DNA from: a virus
Reading direction: 5' to 3' (one strand)
IMG/VR virus record: IMGVR_UViG_3300023179_000021
Location: 1-64,000 of that record
DNA: 64,000 nt
Below are positions 57,709-64,000 of this stretch, piece after piece (positions within the stretch are counted from its first letter, which is position 1; every line of letters begins with the position of its first letter). The notes below the pieces were generated by a model, which worked only from the letters and a program-made list of their open reading frames with translations, made no database searches and was not told the DNA's origin. The translations under genes were made by a program, and so were the position numbers.

Positions 57709-59360
57709 TGTCTGATAGTTACCTTGGCAACTCTAGTCTTAAAAAAATTGGTATTTCTATACCATTTACAGAAGAAAATGTATTAGAATATAAAAAATGT
57801 TCCGAAGAACCAATTTATTTTATAGATAATTATTGTCATATAGTTACACTCGACCACGGTATTCAAAAATTCAAACTTTTTGATTGTCAAAAAGAAAAAA
57901 TTAATTTAATACACAAAGAACGCCGTGTCATTATTATGGAATCTCGGCAAGCAGGCAAAACAACTACAGCGGCGGCATATATTCTTTGGTATACACTATT
58001 TCAAGCTGACAAAAATGTTGCAATTTTGGCCAACAAAGACAAAACAGCTCGCGAGATTCTTTCTCGTTATCAATTGATGTATGAACATTTACCATTATGG
58101 ATGCAACAAGGTGTTAAAACATGGAATAAAGGTGATATTGAATTAGAAAATAATTCAAAAGTATTTACTGCTGCGACAACTACAGCCGGTATTCGTTCTA
58201 AATCGGTTAATCTTTTATATATCGACGAAGCTGCAATTATTCCAAACAATATTGCTGATGCATTTTTTACATCAGTTTATCCGGTTGTTTCAGCTGGTCA
58301 AACAACTAAAATTCTCATCACTTCAACGCCACTTGGATATAATCATTTTTGGAAATTTTGGAATGATGCTGAACATGGTCGTAATGGTTTTGTGCCTCTT
58401 TTTATTCCTTATTGGAAAATTCCAGGCCGTGATGAAAGATGGGCTGAAGAACAACGCCGTGTTCTTGGCGATGTCAAATATAATCAAGAAGTTTTATGTA
58501 AATTTTTAGGTTCGGCACTGACACTTATTCGCTCTGATATAATTGAACAAATGTCATATATTGAACCAATTTATCAAAAAGAAGGCCTTGATTTGTATGA
58601 AATGCCAGAAAAAAATCATAGCTATGTCATTGTAGCTGATACAGCAAAAGGCGTTGGTGGTGATTATTCAGCATTTGTTATTGTTGACATTACAGAAGTG
58701 CCATATAGAGTTGTTGGCAAATATCGTGATAATAATATAGCGCCCATGCTATACCCATCAGTTATCTATCGTGTTGCTAGTGATTTTAATTCAGCACATG
58801 TACTAATAGAAATAAACACATCTGAACAAGTAGCACATATTTTATATCAAGAATATGAATATGAAAATATATTATTTGTGCAAAGAGATAGTAAGGGCCA
58901 AAGAGTTTCTGGTGGTTTCGCTGGCGCAGGAAAAACACAATTAGGCGTTTCAACCGACAAAAAAGTAAAAAGAATTGGATGTTTTAATTTTAAATCATTA
59001 CTTGAAGAAAAAAAACTTCTTGTTTTTGATGCTGATGTAATTTCCGAATTATCTACATTTATTGAATCGAAAGGGTCATATGAAGCCGATGTTGGTTATC
59101 ATGATGATTTGGTAATGCCTTTAGTTTTGTTTGGATGGCTTACAACGAATTCTTATTTTAGAGAAATTACCGATGTTAATCTTCGCAAAGCCGTTTATGA
59201 ACAAAAAATTAAACAAATTGAAGAAGACATGCTGCCTCTGGGTTTTATCAATGATGGTCAACAAGAAGAGGTAACTATTGATTCGGGAGATGTTTGGGGT
59301 AACTATAATTTTGAAGAAAGAAATACGCCACCTCCTGGGTATCTTTCTTCTAAATTGTAA
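57708..59360 (+). CDS. gp17: Terminase large subunit
   Basis: SRQAGKTT Walker A, YIDEAA Walker B, TSTPLG.NHF, D.AKGVGGDYS, HDDLVM. Confidence 0.95.
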   Translation: MSDSYLGNSSLKKIGISIPFTEENVLEYKKCSEEPIYFIDNYCHIVTLDHGIQKFKLFDCQKEKINLIHKERRVIIMESRQAGKTTTAAAYILWYTLFQADKNVAILANKDKTAREILSRYQLMYEHLPLWMQQGVKTWNKGDIELENNSKVFTAATTTAGIRSKSVNLLYIDEAAIIPNNIADAFFTSVYPVVSAGQTTKILITSTPLGYNHFWKFWNDAEHGRNGFVPLFIPYWKIPGRDERWAEEQRRVLGDVKYNQEVLCKFLGSALTLIRSDIIEQMSYIEPIYQKEGLDLYEMPEKNHSYVIVADTAKGVGGDYSAFVIVDITEVPYRVVGKYRDNNIAPMLYPSVIYRVASDFNSAHVLIEINTSEQVAHILYQEYEYENILFVQRDSKGQRVSGGFAGAGKTQLGVSTDKKVKRIGCFNFKSLLEEKKLLVFDADVISELSTFIESKGSYEADVGYHDDLVMPLVLFGWLTTNSYFREITDVNLRKAVYEQKIKQIEEDMLPLGFINDGQQEEVTIDSGDVWGNYNFEERNTPPPGYLSSKL

Positions 59361-59363
59361 AAA

Positions 59364-59372
59364 TACTAAATA
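59364..59372 (+). promoter_or_regulatory. T4-type late promoter (ACTAAATA) upstream of gp18
   Basis: TAAATA core; AAGGAG RBS before the ATG at 59422. Confidence 0.6.
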
Positions 59373-59421
59373 GAGTATTGATAAAAAAAACTGATTGTAC
59401 TTATAACTAAAGGAGAAATCC

Positions 59422-61086
59422 ATGGCGTTTCAGCTTTCACCTGGCGTAAATGTATCAGAAATTGATCTGACTACAATTGTGCCCTCAGTCGCCACATCAG
59501 TTGGCGCCTTTGCCGGAATTTTTGCCTGGGGACCAGTTAATGAAGTCATTACAATTTCCGACGAAGTTCGTTTGGTTGACGTATTTGGTAAGCCAGACAA
59601 CAATAATTATGAATACTGGTTTTCAGCCGCTAACTTTTTAGCATATTCAAACAACCTTCGTGTCATTCGTGCAGCAAATTTAGCTACAACAAATACAGCT
59701 ACAAGTGCAAACTCGGGTCTTTTAATTGAAAATGAAGATGATTACTTAGATAATCACAGTTCTGGTGCAAACACTTATGGTCGTTTTGCAGCTAAATACC
59801 CCGGTGATTTGGGTAATTCAATTCGTGTAGAAGTTGCAGATTCAAACACATATTCTGGTTGGACATACGCAAATAATTTTACATCTACACCAAATACTTC
59901 TGTATCTGTTTCAAATCGTGGTGGTGCAAATGATGAATTGCATATCATTGTTCTTGATGTTAATGGTAAATTTACTGGAACAAATAATACAATTCTTGAA
60001 AAATTTCCTTTTGTTTCTAAAGCCAGTGATGCTAAAAGTTTTGATGGTTCTAGTAACTTCTATAAAGATGTTCTTAATCAAAGGTCTAAATACATTTATT
60101 GGATGTCACACCCAGACAGTACAAATTGGGGCACCGTAAACTCTAGCTATACATTACTTGCAACAAGAATCACCTCGACCCTCGCAAATGGCGCCAACGG
60201 TTCAGTAACAGCTGGTGATATTCAAACAGCATTTAATAAAGTAGCCAACCCCGATTCAGAAGACGTTTCATTAATTATTACAGGCCCAGCAACTGCAGCT
60301 ACAATTACAAATGCTATCTCAATTGCTGAAACTCGTAAAGATTGTGTTGTGTTTTGCTCACCAGAGAAAGCTGATGTTGTTGATAATTCTGGTTCTCAAG
60401 AGAATGATGTAACAGCATTCCGTGATACAATTACATCTTCTTCATATGCTGTTATGGATTCTGGTTGGAAATATCAATACGACAAATACAATGACGTTTA
60501 TCGTTGGATACCACTAAATGCTGATACTGCCGGACTCTGTGCTCGAACAGATCAAGAACGTGATCCATGGTTTTCACCAGCAGGTACAAATCGCGGCGTA
60601 ATTAAGAACGTTATTAAATTGGCTTGGAATCCCACTAAAGCTAATCGTGATGTTCTTTACAATCGTGGTATTAATCCAGTTGTTACATTTCAAGGCGAGG
60701 GCACAGTTCTTTTTGGCGACAAAACACTTTTAAGCCGCCCATCAGCATTTGATCGCATTAATGTTCGACGCTTATTCATTTCACTTGAAAAATCAATAGC
60801 ACGTGCAGCTCGCACTTCACTGTTTGAATTTAATGATACATTTACGAGATCACAATTTGTAAATCTGGTTGAGCCTTATCTTCGTGATGTACAAGGTCGC
60901 CGCGGTATTACTGACTTCCGTGTTGTGTGTGATGAAACAAATAACACTGCTGAAGTTATTGATCGCAACGAATTTGTTGGCGATATTTTTATCAAACCAG
61001 CTCGTTCAATTAACTTTATTCAATTGAATTTTGTTGCTGTAAGAAGTGGTGTAGCTTTTGAAGAAATTGTTGGTCGTGCAGTCTAA
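59422..61086 (+). CDS. gp18: Tail sheath protein
   Basis: FQLSPGVNVSEIDLT; PWFSPAG..RG; FDRINVRRLF; FEFND..TR; IKPARSINFI.LNF. Confidence 0.96.
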   Translation: MAFQLSPGVNVSEIDLTTIVPSVATSVGAFAGIFAWGPVNEVITISDEVRLVDVFGKPDNNNYEYWFSAANFLAYSNNLRVIRAANLATTNTATSANSGLLIENEDDYLDNHSSGANTYGRFAAKYPGDLGNSIRVEVADSNTYSGWTYANNFTSTPNTSVSVSNRGGANDELHIIVLDVNGKFTGTNNTILEKFPFVSKASDAKSFDGSSNFYKDVLNQRSKYIYWMSHPDSTNWGTVNSSYTLLATRITSTLANGANGSVTAGDIQTAFNKVANPDSEDVSLIITGPATAATITNAISIAETRKDCVVFCSPEKADVVDNSGSQENDVTAFRDTITSSSYAVMDSGWKYQYDKYNDVYRWIPLNADTAGLCARTDQERDPWFSPAGTNRGVIKNVIKLAWNPTKANRDVLYNRGINPVVTFQGEGTVLFGDKTLLSRPSAFDRINVRRLFISLEKSIARAARTSLFEFNDTFTRSQFVNLVEPYLRDVQGRRGITDFRVVCDETNNTAEVIDRNEFVGDIFIKPARSINFIQLNFVAVRSGVAFEEIVGRAV

Positions 61087-61089
61087 ATA
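61082..61089 (+). promoter_or_regulatory. T4-type late promoter (TCTAAATA) upstream of gp19
   Basis: TAAATA core overlapping the gp18 stop; AGGAG RBS downstream. Confidence 0.55.
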
Positions 61090-61111
61090 GGGAAAAATAG
61101 GAGAAAATAAC

Positions 61112-61657
61112 ATGGCATTTTCAGTAGCTCAATTTAGATCCCAAATGACTGGTGACGGTGCTCGTCCCAATTTATTTGAGGTTTCTATGCCGTTTCCTAC
61201 CTTTTCTGCACCGGGAAACGCACAAACAAAATTAACATTTATGTGTAAAACTGCACAACTTCCCGGTTCAACCGTTGGAGTTGTGCCTGTTCAATATTTT
61301 GGCCGCGAATTGAAATTTGCTGGTAACAGAACTTTTGCAGATTGGACAATTACAGTCATTAATGATGAAGACTTTATTGTAAGAAATGCGTTTGAACGTT
61401 GGATGAATGGCCTTAACACACATCGTACCAATCTTCGTAATGCTACAGCCTTAGCTCCCTCTAGTTACACTCAAGATGCAGAAGTTTATCAATATGGCAA
61501 AATTGGCAATCGGATTAAAACTTATAGATTTATTGGCATGTTTCCAAATGATATTACGCCAATTGATGTTGATTGGGGTTCGAATGATACTATTGAAGAG
61601 TTTTCGGTAACTCTTGCTTATCAATGGTGGGAAGCGGTACCTACTGGCGTATTTTAA
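61112..61657 (+). CDS. gp19: Tail tube protein
   Basis: GARPNLFEV..CKTAQLPGS..GRELKFAG.RTF..WT.T..NDEDF..IEEF.VT..YQWW. Confidence 0.95.
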   Translation: MAFSVAQFRSQMTGDGARPNLFEVSMPFPTFSAPGNAQTKLTFMCKTAQLPGSTVGVVPVQYFGRELKFAGNRTFADWTITVINDEDFIVRNAFERWMNGLNTHRTNLRNATALAPSSYTQDAEVYQYGKIGNRIKTYRFIGMFPNDITPIDVDWGSNDTIEEFSVTLAYQWWEAVPTGVF

Positions 61658-61687
61658 AGTGGTGGGCTTTGGCCCATTTACTTCTTT
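61657..61687 (+). terminator. Putative intrinsic terminator after gp19
   Basis: tgggc-tttg-gccca hairpin followed by a T-rich tract. Confidence 0.55.
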
Positions 61688-61701
61688 AGAATGAGAAACC
61701 G

Positions 61702-63342
61702 ATGGCAATAAACCTTTTTGGGTTTACTATAGGTAGAAAAGACGTTGCTCAGGAAGAGAAACCAGAGCAACGTTCTTTTGCACTTCCTATGCCGGCACTT
61801 GACGATGGTGCCATTACAATTACACAAAATGCTTATTACGGCACATATGTTGACCTAGAAGGTTCTGTTCGAAATGAGCTAGAACTGATTACACGCTATC
61901 GTGAAATGGCAAATCACCCTGAACTTGAAGCCGCTATTGATGATATTGTCAATGAAGCTATTACACATGATGAAACTGGTGATGTTGTCACTATTAATTT
62001 GGATAAACTTAAACAACCAGAAACAATTAAGAAAAAAATTATTGAAGAATTTAATAATGTTCAACGTCTTCTTAATTTTGAAAATTTAGCTGATGATTTA
62101 TTTAAACGTTGGTATATTGATGGAAGAATTTATTTTCATATTGTAGTTAACGAAAAAAATCCCAAAGAAGGTATACAAGAACTTCGTTATATTGATCCAA
62201 GAAAAATAAGAAAAGTTCGTGAAGTTGTAAAAGAAAAAGATGCCAAATCTGGTGCTATGGTTATTAAATCTTTAGCGGAATATTATGTTTACAGTGATCG
62301 TGGCAGTACAACACAAACTTACACCGCGGGTATAAATGCCGGTGTTCGTATTGCTGCTGATTCTGTTATTAATGTAAATTCTGGTCTTATGGATGCTAAA
62401 AATACTTTTGTGATTTCATATATTCATAAGGCCATTAAGCCACTTAATCAATTACGAATGATTGAAGATGCAGTAGTGATTTATCGTTTATCTAGAGCAC
62501 CAGAACGTCGTGTTTTTTATATTGATGTTGGTAATTTGCCAAAAGGTAAAGCTGAACAATACCTTCGTGACATCATGATTAAATATCGTAATAAAATGGT
62601 TTATGATGCAAACACTGGTGAACTTCGTGATGATCGTAAACACATGTCAATGCTTGAAGATTTTTGGCTTCCTCGCCGTGAAGGTGGTAAAGGTACAGAA
62701 ATTACTACACTGCCTGCTGGTCAAAACTTAGGTCAAATTGAAGATGTAGATTATTTTCGCAAAAAACTTTTACAATCTTTAAATGTTCCATATTCCCGAA
62801 TGGATCAACAAGGTGGTGGTGGTCTTGCATCTCTTGGACGATCAGCTGAAATCACCCGTGATGAATTGAAGTTTGCTAAATTTGTTAATCGCCTTCGAAA
62901 TAAATTTTCACAAATATTTGATAATGCTTTAAAAATACAACTTTCACTTAAAGGTATTTGTAGTTTAGAAGAGTGGGATGAATTTAAAGAAAGTATCTAT
63001 TACGATTATAAAAAAGATAATAATTTTACTGAACTTCGTGAAGCAGAATTAATGCGTGAAAGAGTTTCAACACTTCAACTTTTAGATCCTTATATTGGTA
63101 AATATTTTTCTCAAACATGGGTTAAAAAAAATGTTCTTCGCATGTCTGATGAAGAAATTGAAGAGATGGCTAAAGAAATGGAAGAAGACGGTTCAACTGA
63201 TATGTTAGCACAGGCTCAACAACCCGAAGGTGGCGATCAAGTTGAACCAGTAGATAACACTGTTGATCGCACGGCTACTGAATCGCCAACACCACAACTT
63301 GATGCTGAAGTTGAGAAATATTCAATAGGTATAAATAGATAA
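61702..63342 (+). CDS. gp20: Portal protein
   Basis: WYIDGR; LRYIDPRKI; NQLRMIEDAVVIYR.SRAPERRVFYIDVGNLPK.KAEQY; EDFWLPRREGGKGTEITTLP. Confidence 0.97.
   Translation: MAINLFGFTIGRKDVAQEEKPEQRSFALPMPALDDGAITITQNAYYGTYVDLEGSVRNELELITRYREMANHPELEAAIDDIVNEAITHDETGDVVTINLDKLKQPETIKKKIIEEFNNVQRLLNFENLADDLFKRWYIDGRIYFHIVVNEKNPKEGIQELRYIDPRKIRKVREVVKEKDAKSGAMVIKSLAEYYVYSDRGSTTQTYTAGINAGVRIAADSVINVNSGLMDAKNTFVISYIHKAIKPLNQLRMIEDAVVIYRLSRAPERRVFYIDVGNLPKGKAEQYLRDIMIKYRNKMVYDANTGELRDDRKHMSMLEDFWLPRREGGKGTEITTLPAGQNLGQIEDVDYFRKKLLQSLNVPYSRMDQQGGGGLASLGRSAEITRDELKFAKFVNRLRNKFSQIFDNALKIQLSLKGICSLEEWDEFKESIYYDYKKDNNFTELREAELMRERVSTLQLLDPYIGKYFSQTWVKKNVLRMSDEEIEEMAKEMEEDGSTDMLAQAQQPEGGDQVEPVDNTVDRTATESPTPQLDAEVEKYSIGINR
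63330..63337 (+). promoter_or_regulatory. T4 late promoter TATAAATA upstream of the prohead core genes
   Basis: Exact consensus at the end of gp20. Confidence 0.65.
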
Positions 63343-63358
63343 TTAATAAAGGTGTAAT

Positions 63359-63550
63359 ATGACAACAAGACAATTTATAGATCAACTTGCTGCTGGCGAA
63401 AGCGCTTTAGCAAAAGAAACTCTTGAAAATATCATTTCAAGTAAGGCTTTTGAAGCGCTTGATGCCTATAAAAAAGAAATAGCTGTAGGCATTTTTGGTG
63501 GGCAATCAGATGAAACCGAAGAAGAAGTTGAAGAACAAGAAATTGAATGA
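63359..63550 (+). CDS. gp67: Prohead core protein (gp67-like)
   Basis: Small protein with acidic C-terminus directly after the portal gene. Confidence 0.6.
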   Translation: MTTRQFIDQLAAGESALAKETLENIISSKAFEALDAYKKEIAVGIFGGQSDETEEEVEEQEIE

Positions 63551-64000
63551 AAAGTTTAACTGAATTTAGGCAAGAACCTCTAACGGAAGAAAAATCAAAT
63601 TATTTAAAGTTTGATATTTTAATTCGTGCTGGTTTAGCTAATAAAGCACAGTTACAAAGAATACATAACATTCTTGATAAAATGCAAGAGGAAAAACCAT
63701 CTTTTAATAACGCCGATAAAATGATTATACAAAATCTTTTTAATAAAATGGCGGATTTGCTTACTTCAAATAAGCAAATTTTTTCACAAGCACGCCGTTC
63801 GGTTAATGAGGGTGTAATTGATACCTCCGATTATAAAGTTTCACCAACAACTGGTAAAAAATATAAAGCTCATCGAATTAATATTTCAAAAACTGGTGAA
63901 GAAGAAAATCTCAAAGAAGAATTAACTAAGTTTGACCCACCTTTTGTTCTTGTATTGAAGCGAAAAGCCATTCGTCTTTATCCTGGCTCTACAAGAATTG
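63547..64000 (+). CDS. Hypothetical protein in head gene cluster, 3'-truncated by the window end
   Basis: ATGA overlap with the previous gene; MKSLTEFRQE...DPPFVLVLKRKAIRLYP. Confidence 0.65.
   Translation, partial: MKSLTEFRQEPLTEEKSNYLKFDILIRAGLANKAQLQRIHNILDKMQEEKPSFNNADKMIIQNLFNKMADLLTSNKQIFSQARRSVNEGVIDTSDYKVSPTTGKKYKAHRINISKTGEEENLKEELTKFDPPFVLVLKRKAIRLYPGSTRI

Noticed and set aside
57708-63342. Introns or inteins in terminase, sheath or portal
   Set aside because: The ORFs are continuous, of ordinary length, and show no splicing motifs.
1-64000. tRNA/rRNA genes, integrase or transposase, stop-codon reassignment
   Set aside because: None recognised; intergenic gaps are very short and core genes are intact under the standard code.

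Overview
AT-rich segment of a large T4-like myovirus genome covering the virion morphogenesis region. On the minus strand (<1-5392) are a tape-measure-like protein with a GH19 domain, gp51, gp26, a gp54/gp19-like protein, gp2 and gp4. On the plus strand are the baseplate genes (gp48, gp53, hub, split gp5, gp25, gp6, gp7, gp8), a VrlC-like protein and a fibre gene. A ~27-kb accessory island (27.1-54.0 kb) is followed by gp13, gp14, gp15, gp16, Dps, gp17, gp18, gp19, gp20 and gp67. The island is the most striking feature. It encodes three double RCC1-type beta-propeller proteins built from 42 nearly identical 147-bp repeats with focal hypervariable codons, and two nearly proline-free (Ser-Gly-X)n collagen-like fibres with S74 chaperones. 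These are interleaved with about nine glycosyltransferase genes, five 2OG-Fe(II) oxygenases, methyltransferases, a sulfotransferase and an APS-kinase/HxGH-nucleotidyltransferase fusion. I interpret this as a candidate virion surface diversification and decoration system. Other signals are a probable -1 frameshift joining gp26 to gp51, T4-type late promoters (TAAATA) often directly abutting start codons, and RBS-sequestering hairpins. All family calls are by motif recognition; no database search was run.
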